Shown piece by piece: positions 1 through 13,074 of a DNA stretch of 64,000 bases. Position numbers and translations under genes: made by a program. This DNA is from Lingula anatina (taxonomy: Eukaryota > Animalia > Brachiopoda). The notes beneath the pieces are model-generated. The model did no database searches. It worked only from the letters and a program-made list of their open reading frames with translations, and was not told where the DNA came from. Every line of letters starts with the position of its first letter. Position 1 is the stretch's first letter. The stretch lies in NCBI GenBank assembly GCA_051362555.1, contig CM120647.1, positions 13,554,651 to 13,618,650 of the forward strand. Reading direction: 5' to 3'.

Positions 1-1113
1 TGTTTTATTGTTGTCCATATAATACACAATGGAAAAAACTTTAATTAAGATTTCTAATGTTATTGAGAAACATGGAATACATTCCTTTTGGGTTGATTCC
101 ATTTTAATTTAGGGTATGCAACTTAAATTAAAACTTTATATAAATTGTTAAACAAAATTAAATGAGTACATTTTCAATTACACTACATAAGCATGTATAT
201 TTAATAACTAATTAATGTCGTCAGTTTCCAGAAAATACATATTTTGCACAATTTGGCATTGATACACTGTATAACGCTAGCTGTCACACATTTATGAGTG
301 GTAGTCATTGTGGCCTAAGTTACGCGTATAGTCTAGAGAAAAGGAACGTTTTGCACAGTTTAGCATCGATTCATTGTGTACCACTTGCTTACACACATAT
401 ACGAGTGGTATTCAAATACGTCACATGCATATATAGTCTTAAGCATCACAAAGCAATGGGATATGTGTGAAATATATTTTAAGTAAGTCCAATTAAAAAA
501 AGGTATTAAATGTAATAAAAAGTGAGTATAAAACATATTATTACGGAATGAAACACAATAAATGGACAGTAATTTGAATATTTAACTATAAATTAAAAAA
601 AAAAAAAAAAAAACAAGATTGAAAATAGAGGCGTCATAAAGTCAGCTCCAGTGTGGGACTCGAACCAACATATTGTTAAATTACTACATACTTCCATGTC
701 ATTGGTTACCATAGTAGACTCATCACCAGTGTCGCTGTCCACTACACCACCAGGTCGTTGTGCAAACCACCGCCGTTTTGTTATATTATATTTACTTGCA
801 TCATTATAATTCTATTATACCCATATTGTCAATATAAAGCGCTTTTACTAATATATACTGTTCTACAGTAGGACCCTAGCTTTTAGACCCAGTTCTTCTG
901 TATGACGGGCGGACTCTGTGTTTCGTGATAGCTGTCATGAAACGTAGGGTCCGGTTAAATGCAGGGTCCGGGGGACCCTGTATATTATATCCAATTACCA
1001 TGATACAAGGTCCGGGGCCCATTATTTCAGAAACCAGGGGTCCTACGGACCCCTGGTTTCTGAAATAACGGGTCCCGGACTTTCTGTCATGGGGGACCTT
1101 CTGGTACATGACA
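1..1113. mobile_element. Right end of a probable Ginger-like DNA transposon (left end outside window; internal extent uncertain)
   Basis: Ends ...GGTACATGACA at 1113, directly followed by CCGG. The paralogous empty sites read GTGAGA-CCGG (26505-26514, 16562-16571). Subterminal GGGTCC/GGACCC repeats lie at 870-1100. TGT..ACA termini and a CCGG target are known Ginger traits. Confidence 0.45.
645..756 (-). other. tRNA-like Pol III promoter remnant (A box and B box), probably SINE/TE-derived
   Basis: Minus strand has TGGTGTAGTGG (A box-like) and GGTTCGAGTCC (B box) about 70 nt apart. No convincing cloverleaf. Confidence 0.35.
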
Positions 1114-1579
1114 CCGGGATTGTGGTCAATTAGATATCAGATTGCTGTCCACTCCCACAAGTGTGACAATAGCACTGCGTTGGACACCTGATTAAAAGTA
1201 ACATATGATGTATCTAAGAACTAAAAAGTATAGGCCTACAGTTTCAAATTGTTCATCATGTAGAAACTTTCTTCAAAAACTTAAATAGCAGTTCCACATT
1301 CAAAAGTTGTGCTTTTGTCTATTATTTTCTTTTTTCATCTATATATTTAAAGCAGATATTTACTCGAACCAATACTATGAATACACTAAAATACTCCAGC
1401 CAATAAGGTAAAAGCATAAAAGCATGTTAACAATAGGAACGTGCGTTATCGACAAATAATATACAATGGTATCGCTACATAAACAACTAAAATTTCCCTC
1501 ACAAGGAGCATATTCACGGAAAGATAAAAAAAATTAAAATTACGTTATCTAAACCAAATTGGACGATAATCTACAAATG

Positions 1580-3084
1580 ATAATCCACATATATGTGAGG
1601 ATTCGAATCTCACCTATCACTGCCCACAGATGTGTGAGGAATCTTACCTATCACAACCCACAGATGTGTGAGGAATCTCACCTATCATAACCCACAGATA
1701 TGTGAGGAATCTCACCTATAACAACCCACAGATGTGTGAGGAATCTCACCTATAACAACGCACGCATGTGTGAAGAATCTCACGTATCACAACCCACACA
1801 TGTGTGAGGAATCTCACCTATCACAACCCACAGATGTGTGAGGAATCTCACATATCACAACCCACAGATGTGTGAGGAATCTCAACTATCACAACCCACA
1901 GATATGTGAGGAATCTCACCTATCACAACCCACAGATGTGTGAGGAATCTCACCTATAACAATCCACACAGGTGTGAAAAATCTCACCTATCACTACCTT
2001 CACATGTGTGAGGAATCTCACCTATCACAACCCACAGATGTGTGAGGAATCTCACATATCACAACCCACAGATGTGTGAGGAATGTCACCTATCGCAACC
2101 CACCAATGTGTGGGGAATCTCACCTATCGCAACCCACACATGTGTGAGGAATCTCACATATCACAACCCACACATGTGTGAGGAATCTCACATATCGCAT
2201 CCCACACATGTGTGAGGAATCTCACCTATCACAACCCACAGATGTGTGAGGAATCTCACCTATCTCAACCCACACATGTATGAGGAATCTCACCTATCGC
2301 AACCCACACATGTGTGAGGAATCTCACCTATCACAATCCACAGATGTGTGAGGAATCTCACGTATCACAACCCACAGATGCGTGAGGAATCTCACCTATC
2401 TCAACCCACACATGTGTGAGGAATCTCAGATATCAAAACCCACAGATGTGTGAGGAATCTCACATATCACAACCCACACGTGTGAGGAATCTCACATATC
2501 ACAACCCTCACATGTGTGAGGAATCTGACCTATCACAACCCACAGATGTGTGAGGAATCTCACATATCTCAACCCACACATGTGTGAGGAATCTCACATA
2601 TCACAACCCACACATGTGTGAGGAATCTCACATATCACAACCCGCAGATGTGTGAGGAATCTCACCTGTCACAACCCACACATGTATGAGGAATCTCACA
2701 TATCACAATCCACAGATGTGTGAAGAATCTCACTTATCACAATCCACAGATGTGTGAGGAATCTCACGTATCACAACCCACAGATGCGTGAGGAATCTCA
2801 CCTATCACAACCCACAGATGTGTGAAGAATCTCACCTTTCACAACCCACAGATGTGTGAAGTATCTCACCTATCACAACCCACAGATGTGTGAAGAATCT
2901 CACCTATCAAAATCCACATATGTTTAAGGAATCTCACCTATCACAGCCCACAGATGTGTGAGGTATCTCACCTATCACAATCCACAGATGTGTTAATAAT
3001 CTCACTTATCACAATCCACAGATGTGTGAAGAATCTTACCTATCACAATCCACAGATGTTTGAGGAATCCCACCTATCACAACC
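1580..3084. repeat. 34-bp satellite array 1 (~44 monomers)
   Basis: Tandem monomer GTGAGGAATCTCACCTATCACAACCCACAGATGT, period 34, no spacers. Confidence 0.97.
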
Positions 3085-4110
3085 GGCAGTAATTCCTCTG
3101 AATATACAGCACTGAAGGACAAATCGTTTACAACTGAGGAGAGCTGTATACAGGAGAAACCCACGCCCAGGTAATAAACAACAGCTGAGACAAGAAAAGT
3201 GGAACAAAATCCTCCAACAAACTTGGTGGCGCTAGTGACCAGCTCGCCCCGTCACGTAGAGAAAATAATAGATAAAAATTAAGATAGATGTCCTAACAAC
3301 GTGTAAGTAAATACGATATATAGATTATTAAAACAAAGAGATAACATAATCGGGAAATAAAATACAACATAAAATATCGTCTGCTCATTCAGAGACGACA
3401 TTCCAATGTGACTATATCAGTATGCGCCTCTTCGATATCGCCCTTGTCCTGTGTGCAGGGACCCTTATTTGTGGGAAGAAGAATACACGACTGACAAGAT
3501 GCCTCAAATGTGGAGAGGACCACAGGATAAGTAAGGAATGTCCTTTTCCATAGTCCACATTTCTGGAGCATAGCGACATTTGTTTATATAGCCTACATCA
3601 ACGTAAGTTGATATAGTATGACAGTATCTGGATTATTTATTGTTAAATTCTTTATTGTACATGTATCTCTCTTGATCAACTTTATAGCCAACAGGGTAGT
3701 TACGTAGCACGGAGGGGCCATGCTGTTATCTGGTAAGAATGTTAATTGCACCGTTGTGGTAATATTTATACATGCGAAAGAGAAAACACAGTTTATAGTT
3801 CTAAATAGTGCTCAACTTTTGAATCATTGTCATATTGTCATATTTGGGTAGTTCATAAATAACGTGGATTCATGCAGTGTCAGCTGTACTGGTATTAGTA
3901 GTTATTAGTAGTTTTATGAATACACGCACCATTTCGATATAAGTTCCGTTTGGACGCGGTGACTGCATGTAGCCAAGCTGACGAAATGCTGCTTGCGATA
4001 ACAGGATTTTTATGCATCACGTGTGTCTTGTCATGAACTTCACTACGGTAATTGCCCCAACAATGGGTAATAATGTTCAGTTTATTATTATCAATTTTAT
4101 GATTGCATTC

Positions 4111-5283
4111 TTTTTTTTTTTTTTCTTCAGTAGTAAATAAATATATAATCTTACGGTTTTTTGGGTTATGAATCACACACGGACACACACACACACACAC
4201 ACACACACATTTACATACTTGGACTCTCTTTCTCTCTCAGTAAAAAAAAGGTTGCACAGTTACAGTAATGCATAAACGGGTAGAAAGTAGAGCTTGACAA
4301 TTCATGTTGTTAACCTTACAATTAAAATTCTAAGAGGTATATCGTTAGCTTGTTGCTTGCCAATTAAGTTGTAATATGCGATCAATATTTTCCCATTTTC
4401 CCATTTTTAACATGTTGTTGTTTTTTGTCGGTTCTACATATATAAAGGGTATAAACAAATATTTCTGTAATAATTAATGTCTGGTTCCTTCCCATGTTGG
4501 GATTTCTGTTTTCGTTCTTCATAAACTAATATATTTCTCGATGATTAAGATAAGTAGATAAAAACCTTTTATGTCATATGATTCCACAAGCCCGAGTATA
4601 AAAATCTCGGGAGATCTCTCAATTACAATATCTAAATTATCTTTTACGGAACAAATGACACACGTCCAAACATTCTGCACATGAGGGCAATCCCAGAAAA
4701 CGTGAAGAATTGTTTCCCTGGCAGCATTACAAAATTCGCACTGTTCTGATTCTTTTTTAGAAATTTTCATAAGAGAAACATTTGTACTAAATATTCTGTG
4801 ATTTATTCTAAATTGAAGCGTCTGCAGTTTCGTGTCATCTGTTTCTTGGAAGGGGGATCTAAATATTAATTGCCAATCATCATTACTTAAGGATTTTATA
4901 ATATTCTCGTGCCATTTACTTTTACTTTTGTTGGGTGATATAGTGTGTCCTTGGAGGAATTCTCTATAGAAGTATCTGGATGGTTTGGTAACTTTTTTAA
5001 TCGAGTCAATTATTTCGTGGAATACGGTTTGTAATTTTCTTCCATTAGTGGAGATAGTTTTACGCCATTCAGATGGTATGCTCTTTTGAATACTCAAGTA
5101 TTCCAGAAAGTTACCGCTTAGGTTAAATTTTTCGTTGAGTTCCTCTAGAGAGAGGAAATTTCCAACATTATTTATAATATCATTAATGTAGAAAATATCA
5201 TTTTTACACCATCTTTTACAGAAGATAGTTTTTTCATTTGTTTTAATTTTTGAGTTTTTCCATAATGGTTGTGATAAGATTTC
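4111..5283 (-). mobile_element. 5'-truncated L1/Tx1-like non-LTR retrotransposon (ORF2 C-terminus with zf-RVT, 3' UTR, poly-A)
   Basis: ORF 4519-5097 has LQFRINHRIFSTN...CEFC...ETILHVFWDC...W (zf-RVT motif). Upstream in frame is ILSQPLWKN. There is (TG)n in the 3' UTR, poly-A at 4111-4124, and an imperfect TTATGATTG flank duplication. Confidence 0.85.
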
Positions 5284-5937
5284 TTAAAAAAAAATTATGA
5301 TTGTAATAATGCCATTAGTAGTAGTGTATCACCATTAGTACTGTTCTCAGGACTTTGAAACACTATTAAGTATAACACAGACTGCATCAGCCTATTCTAC
5401 AGCAATTAAGTCATTATGTCAGGGGTCACTTCATATTCATGGGGTTCTGCATATTCCACAGTGTAGAAAGGCGTTGGTATAATTTAGGTCAGTATCATAT
5501 CTATTTTTTATGCTTTTGAATTCAGTGCATCAAGAAAAAACATTATGGAGAGATCCAGTGCCATTGGCCTATCGAACATAACAACCACATGTTAAGGTTC
5601 AGTGAGCACTTATACTAATTTCAATTCATATGACATGATTTTCGTATTGAAATGACAGACGGCATCAAAGGGCACAACAAATGTAAATCTTAGGGCTCAA
5701 ATGGATGGCCTTCATTGCGTTATACAAATTGATTGCGGATACATACAAAGCTACTGGTATATGAATGATAATACACCCAAATCTTTGGGTTAATATCAGT
5801 CTGAAAACCATAGGTGTTCTTAACCTAATCCCCAGCATCTAAAGTGTATTTGTTAAATGGATTATACAGTTAATATGCATACCATGATTAAAAAATATCA
5901 AAATCACAGCCAAAGACACAGTGATGCAATGATCACA

Positions 5938-5974
<37 letters not shown>

Positions 5975-7051
5975 CACTCGTATATTAGGCGTCTCCACAA
6001 ATCGATAGGGTATGCTGATATGTCAAATTTACATGAATGTTCTTTTTGAAATTCGACAGTAATTACACGTTATCAGCCTCGACACATGACACAGGACCTA
6101 ATACAACATAAACCCTCTGCTAAGGCCACGGACTATTTATGTGTATTTTTCTTCGGTGCGAACAGCAGAGAATCGTGTCATGATTAAGCCAGAGACTAAG
6201 ATCTGTGAAAATCTAGTAAAAAATCAATCTGCGACCCTTAGGTGTTGGCAGCTGAGAGGGCTTGAACTTTAAAAAGGCAAATTTACACTAAGACAAGTCG
6301 TGGTTACATAAAGGTGCATGTACAGTACACAATCCCCCAACCCAACCCAACCCCACACGTAGCTAACACCTTTGTTAGTATAGCTGTCCATAGATTTTGC
6401 TCGTCGCATTATAAGCACCACTGTCACGAATATTAGAATATGATACTCGCGTATAATTTGTAAATTTCACCAGACATGGACGCTTCGGGTATCAAAACTA
6501 TGATTGATTCACAGTATAGATTAGATGCACATATTATATAACAAACAAGCACGATAAAAGACAATAATAAAGGATTTCTGTGCGCCTTTTCATTGTAAAT
6601 AATTCCATCCATCAGTCGTACAGGTATACAGTAGCAATCAATTTGAAAAGGCAGGGGCTTTTTCTGAAACAAATGTTCATTTTGCTTAATAGTTCATCCT
6701 TAGAAATAGCAGAAAATCTAGACAGATTTTTGATTGAGAGTGGACATTAGCCAGCAAAAAAGGGCAAATCTTACTAACCCCACCCTTACAACTCCAAACT
6801 ACATGCAGTTGTTTAACTTGAGCAAATGAATACAAAGAATATAATATGTACAAAGTACAGTATGTCTTTGTAGACTGCCGTTAATGAAATCATGAACAAA
6901 ACAAAAAGACGGGTGATCTGAAAGGCTTACATACATGTAAATATTTTAGCTGCCCGACGAGTCTGGTATCGTTGATCCATGAAAACGAACAGGCAGCGTA
7001 TGCATATCAAATGATGATAAGGAGATACTATATTGTCAACACAAGCAGGAC

Positions 7052-8326
7052 TCAAATAAAATCATCAATTGTACAATAAATGTCTTCTTCATTATCTCCG
7101 TCATCATATATTGTATCATATATTGTATCATAAGTGCCAGGATTATCGTCATTGATACTGGGAATCGGAGGTGGAATATCGTTTGCTTTACTGATACTGG
7201 GGACCGGGTGTGGAATACTGTTTGGTACCGTTGAAGATTTTCGAGATCGGTCCTGTCCTCTCTTGTAAACGCACAACAGCGTTACTCCCGCCACTACGGG
7301 GATCAACACAGCTAAAAACACCCCGACTACTACGACTGTTGGCATACCGTTTTCTCTGTCTATTTTCTTGATATTATTATGGATGTTTCCACAAGTTCCT
7401 TCCTCTTCATACGCCAAGTGTTTCAAAAAAGACGCGTTGCAACGACAGTCCAAGCTATCACCGGGTCCAAAGTTTAGATACAATGTATTTTTAGAGTTAA
7501 AACTTATCTGAAATACTGGACATTTATCTAAAGATTCCGAATCCTGACGACTGAGATCTGATAAATCAAGATGTGCCAACAATGACATATCTGGCGGTAT
7601 GCTTACCAATTTGTTCCCAGACAAAATCAGCTGGTCAAGCCTTTTTAGACTGCGGAAAAGAGAAAAGTTAAGAATACGGATGAAGTTATTTCTTAAAACC
7701 AGACTTTGCAAGCCTCTTAAATACTTTATTCCAGGCGGAACCTCTGTTAGTAAGTTGTTATCCATTTCCAGATTCCGCAAAACGGTAAGATTACGAAATG
7801 CCTGCGGATCGACTGCTCTGATTGAGTTGCGGGTCAAGTATAAACGCTGAAGACTAGTAAGGTATCGAATATCGAAAGGCACCTGCGTGAGTCTGTTCCC
7901 GGTGAAAGACAAAGTATCAAGACGCTGAAGATTTTGCAATAATCCAGGTTCTACATGGCGTATCCAATTCATGGAGAGAAAAAGGCGGAAAATATGAACC
8001 AATCCTCTCACCTGTGACGGCACTTTTTCTAGGTAAGTGCCGTACAATGAAAGCAATCTCAGGTCTTTCAAGTCTCCCAGCGCTGTCGTGTTTTCAAGTT
8101 TAACTCCGGACATATAAAGCATCAGGATGACACTTTTGTTATCAAATATTGGGATTGTCTGTAGATATTTGCAATCAGTCTGGATTCCCAGTATCCCATC
8201 TAGTTTGGTGCTGAGACACGAACAGGGTGGCCGGCAAGGATCTTGCACCAGGGTCACTGTTACCATCACCTGGACTGCTAAACACAATGCAGCACTCTTT
8301 AGAACGCCCTGTCCTGTGAACAGCAT
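7052..8326 (-). CDS. LRR transmembrane receptor copy 1 (SP-LRRNT-~8 LRR-LRRCT-TM-YxxI tail), 424 aa, single coding exon
   Basis: Intact ORF with a hydrophobic signal peptide, CRPPCSC...C cap, repeated LxxLxLxxN, LDCRC cap, TM VVVVGVFLAVLIPVVAGVTLL, and tail YDTIYDTIY...YCTI. Conserved in three copies. Confidence 0.93.
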   Translation of the reverse strand: MLFTGQGVLKSAALCLAVQVMVTVTLVQDPCRPPCSCLSTKLDGILGIQTDCKYLQTIPIFDNKSVILMLYMSGVKLENTTALGDLKDLRLLSLYGTYLEKVPSQVRGLVHIFRLFLSMNWIRHVEPGLLQNLQRLDTLSFTGNRLTQVPFDIRYLTSLQRLYLTRNSIRAVDPQAFRNLTVLRNLEMDNNLLTEVPPGIKYLRGLQSLVLRNNFIRILNFSLFRSLKRLDQLILSGNKLVSIPPDMSLLAHLDLSDLSRQDSESLDKCPVFQISFNSKNTLYLNFGPGDSLDCRCNASFLKHLAYEEEGTCGNIHNNIKKIDRENGMPTVVVVGVFLAVLIPVVAGVTLLCVYKRGQDRSRKSSTVPNSIPHPVPSISKANDIPPPIPSINDDNPGTYDTIYDTIYDDGDNEEDIYCTIDDFI

Positions 8327-9254
8327 GACTGAAACAGCCTATCGGGTGAATTTTTTGCTGATTGGTTTTTCAGATTAATGACTTAGATTCTGTCTGATTT
8401 AAGCGTTCATGTATGATCGTGGATTATGGCGATCTACTCTTCTGAAGGACCGACTTGTTTCGTTGATGAGCAACTGTCTGTTTCTAGCGATCTGCTATGT
8501 TTCTAACTGAAGCTGTTTGTCACAGATTCATGTGGTTCTACAGCATAAAGGAAATAAAAAATTAAATTCCAAATAAGAGCTCATTCCCACTGAAACTATA
8601 GTTCTTCATAGCTAGGTCCATTTCTGCAGGTTTCTCGCTGAATGCAATCACAATAACTGATTGACAGATTGACAAGACTCCACCTGGCATTGAGTAGAAT
8701 GATAAAAAAGCTGGTGATTACACACGTAAATTGGAAACAAGAGGGGCGCGTTATAATCTTTAATCTGATTGTATAATTCGGCAAGAGTCCCCACAATTTG
8801 GATCGATCTCCGTAAAACGGTGCTTTTAATGGGAAAATCCCTGCAAGGCCACATAAAGAATCTGTGTCCGTCAAATTACGAATATTTTTTGTATCCAAGA
8901 AAAATAAGAGAACATGCAAACTTAACCCCTGCTTAAAATTATGTTAAATCCACCCAAGATGTCACGTCGGCACTCAGTACATCCTATTGCAATGGTGCCT
9001 CTGTTACTGCTTGGAATATACCAGCTTTGGCAATCCGATCGGTAACACTTATGTTATTATTTAATGTAACACGAACAAGACGAATTACATGTAACAATGG
9101 CATTAATTATTTCACGGAAATCACGAATCGGATGCCATAAATAACAAAACGTTGTAGTGTTGGGTTGTGTTTGATATCGTCTGTCATTTCCTTCAAAAGA
9201 CAGTCATAATGGCTTAACATTAGTGTTAATTGAAACTTTAAAAGCATTTCTTAC

Positions 9255-9308
9255 ATTTAGCACGGTGGGTAATGCCTCAATTGCATCTGAATCTTCTATA
9301 ATAATTAC
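9255..9308 (-). other. Putative 5'-UTR exon of LRR copy 1 (coding exon acceptor at ~8538)
   Basis: Minus strand TTCTTTTTTTTGGCAG acceptor and GTAAGA donor. Equivalent AG and GTATGA sites are kept in copies 2 and 3. TTTCCTTTATGCTGTAG acceptor lies ~210 nt above the ATG. Confidence 0.35.
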
Positions 9309-9976
9309 CTGCCAAAAAAAGAATACACATTTCAAGGTATAACTGACAAATTTAGCAATGCTTTGATGAATGACATAAAAAATGTGGAATTATGCAAAGT
9401 CTTCTGAGCTTTTTTTATGGAATTTCAAAGACGTTAAAAATATATAAACGTATCAATATTTATTATTATTTTCGTTCAGTCTGATTTAGTCTAATCGTAG
9501 TTGTTCCGTGTTGTGCAGAGTATTGATTTTGGCATGCATGCCCAGCGAGGGCGTGTTCTTCGGTCAAATATGTGCTAATGTTCAACGAATAAAGCCATCG
9601 GAATAGTAAAGTCTGGGTCGGGGAGAAGTAAGTTAATTATCTTATTTATAAATGACAGCCAATTAGAACCGTCGATATTTTAAAACTTAACGTATTAGTA
9701 AGACAAATTATAAATACTATATCTTTCATGCAACACAAAGGAATTACACAATATACAAAAAGATCGGGCATTATCGTATTACATAGAGCGTAGTGATATA
9801 CCAAATAAAATAATGATAATTTTTTTATTCCTACTTTATGAAGTTGTCCATTTTGAATAGTTTTAAGTGTTTTCAAATGATAACAGGAACATCAGATATG
9901 ATCCACCCAATAGTTTTGAAAAAAAAGGTCACTTCTTATCTTCATGAAATGTAATAGCCTTTTTCATTTTGCGGTG

Positions 9977-10024
<48 letters not shown>

Positions 10025-10793
10025 ACGGCGCAGCTACCGTGGTAAGATCAAAGTCTGGTTAAATTGGAGTTTCGCGTGCACTGGGATGACTGTACGCTCG
10101 TAAAGGTGTAGTACTAGTTCCTCAACCAACGTCGATCCACCAGCGAGTGAGTAAAACTTGTACAATTGTTCATATTAATTAAGTACCGAATACGGAAAAG
10201 CAGTTACAAGAAAAAAGATCAATAAAATGATGTAATCTGACAAACAAACATGGTAAAAAATTAACATCTTTTTATTCAGTTTAAAACAAAATATAAATAT
10301 ATGTACATGTTGTATAAAATATGTCGATATCCATCCGTACAACGGGCAGAATTAAGTCTTTGAATCCACTGTGAGACCAGGATTGTGGTCGCTTAGAGAT
10401 CAAATTGCTGTCCACTCCCACAAGTGTGACGGTAGCACTGCAATGGATACCTGATCAAAATCTAATTTAAGTTTCAAAATGTTCATCATGTAAAAATTTC
10501 TTCAAAAACCTAAATAACAGTTCCACATTCAATGGTTGTGATTTTGTCTTTTTTTGTTTTTTCATCTATATATGAAAAGCAGATATTTACTGGAACCAAT
10601 GCTATGAATACACTAAAATACTGCAGCCAATAAAGTAAAACCATAAAAGCATGCTAACAATAGGAACGTGTGCTATCGACAAATAATATACAATGGTATC
10701 GCTACATAAACAACTAAAATTTCCACTCACGAAACGATAAAAATGAATTAAAATTACGTTATCTAAACCAAACTGAACGATAATCTACAAATA

Positions 10794-11395
10794 ATAATCC
10801 ACAGATTCGTGAGGAATCTCAACTATCACAACCTACAGATGTGTGAGGAATCTCACCTATCACAACCCACAGACATGTGAGGAATCTTACATATCACAAC
10901 CCACAGATGTGTGAGGAATCTCACCTATAACAACCCACAGACATGTGAGGAATCTTACATATCACAACCCACAGATGTGTGAGGAATCTCACCTATAACA
11001 ACCCACAGATGTGTGAGGAATCTCACCTATAACAACCCACAGATGTGTGAGGAATCTCACCTATAACAACCCACAGATGTGTGAGGAATCTCACCTATAA
11101 CAACCCACAGATGTGTGAGGAATCTCACCTATAACAACCCACAGATGTGTGAGGAATCTTACCTATCACAACCCACAGATGTGTGACGAATCTCACCTAT
11201 CACAACCCACAGATGTGTGAGGAATCTCACATATCACAACCCTAAGATGTGTGAGGAATCTTACATATCACAACCCACAGATGTGTGAGGAATCTCACCT
11301 ATAACAACCCACAGATGTGTGAGGAATCTTACATATCACAACCCACTGATGTGTTGGGAATCACACCTATCACAACCCACTGATGTATGAAGAAT
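10794..11395. repeat. 34-bp satellite array 2 (~17 monomers)
   Basis: Same monomer as array 1; GAGG at 10981 and 11015 gives period 34. Confidence 0.97.
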
Positions 11396-11399
11396 ATAT

Positions 11400-12005
11400 A
11401 TATTGTAATAGTAGTGCCTGTAACAATGTGATCTTCACAGATAAATACAGATTCCTACTTCACCCATATGATGGCTGTCTGCGAATGGGTCGCCTTACTG
11501 GAAAATAGAAGTTACAAGAAATTGATTGTACAAGAAACCGAGGTCGCTGGAGGCGGATCTGTTCATGTTTGGGGCGCTATTTGTTCCATCGGTTTCAGCC
11601 AAATGGTCACTGTATATGAAAATGTCAACGTCGTGGGGCACAGGGATATCTTTCAAAATAATTTTATCCAATATGCATGCGCGATATTGGCATGGCCTTA
11701 GCATGACAGTGCTGCCCGCCGCACTGTTGACTTGGTTAGGGTTTAATAAACAAAAACAACACCTGGTACTGTTACTGTTACTGTTAAAAAAGTACTCTTT
11801 TGGGGGTCATGAAAAGAAAAAAAATAAATAGATTAACGCTTTTATCACATTTGCATTGTTTGTTTCTCCTTGACTTTACCAATCCTCCAGCTTCACATAT
11901 TTAACGGTAAAATCAGTATTAATTTGATAATATCAACAATAATGAAAGAAACAGGGCGATATGCACCCCAAAATTTCCGCGCACCAACCATTTTGGGCAA
12001 CAGTG
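11400..12005 (+). mobile_element. Tc1/mariner remnant (degenerate DDE transposase fragment plus right TIR)
   Basis: GGGSVHVWGAIC...DIFQNNF matches the Tc1 SVMVWG motif. The element ends ...GGGCAACAGTG|TA at a TA that is present in the paralogous empty sites. Confidence 0.75.
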
Positions 12006-13074
12006 TATTAGACGTCTCCACAAATCGTTAAGGTATGCTGATATGTCAAATTTACATCAATGTTCATTTTGAAATTCGACAGTAATTACACGTTTTCAGC
12101 CTCGACACTTCTCGGCACATGACACAGGACCTAATACAACATAAACCCTCTGCTAAGGCCACGGACTATTTATGTGTATTTTTCTTCGGTGCGAACAGCA
12201 GAGAATCGTGTCATTAATAAGCCAGAGACTAAGATCTGTGAAAATCTAGTAAAAAATCAATCTGCGACCCTTAGGTGTTGGCAGCTGAGAGGGCTTGAAC
12301 TTTAAAAAGGCAAATTTACACTAAGACAAGTCGTGGTTACATAAAGGTGCATGTACACAATCCCCCAACCCAACCCCACCCGTCGCTAACACCTTTGTTA
12401 GTATAGCTGTCCATAGATTTTGCTCGTCGCATTATAAGCACCACTGTCACGAATATTAGAATATGATACTCGCGTATAATTTGTAAATTTCACCAGACAT
12501 GGACGCTTCGGGTATCAAAACTATGATTGATTCACAGTATAGATTAGATGCACATATTATATAACAAACAAGCACGATAAAAGACAATAATAAAGGATTT
12601 CTGTGCGCCTTTTCATTGTAAATAATTCCATCCATCAGTCGTACAGGTATACAGTGGCAATCAATTTGAAAAGGCAGGGGCTTTTTCTGAAACAAATGTT
12701 CATTTTGCTTAATAGTTCATCCTTAGAAATAGCAGAAAATCTAGACAGATTTTTGATTGAGAGTGGACATTAGCCAGCCAAAAAGGGCAAATCTTACTAA
12801 CCCCACCCTTACAACTCCAAACTACATGCAGTTGTTTAACTTGAGCAAATGAATACAAAGAATATAATATGTACAAAGTACAGTATGTCTTTGTAGACTG
12901 CCGTTAATGAAATCATGAACAAAACAAAAAGACGGGTGATCTGAAAGACTTACATACATGTAAATATTTTAGCTGCCCGACGAGTCTTGTATCGTTGACC
13001 CATGAAAACGAACAGGCAGCGTATGCATATCAAATGATGATAAGGATATACTATATTGTCAACACAAGCAGGAC

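Noticed and set aside
1580-3084. 34-bp hairpin-containing repeats resembling a CRISPR array
   Set aside because: Monomers are head-to-tail with no unique spacers, there are no cas genes, and the context is eukaryotic.
3134-3160. CTGAGGA...GAAAC hammerhead-like core
   Set aside because: Stem II lacks the closing G-C pair and no stem I can be formed.
6433-6672. 79-aa ORF conserved in all three units (also 12456-12695, 22479-22718)
   Set aside because: Starts at TTG, has no recognisable motif, and is no more conserved than the near-identical surrounding 3' flank.
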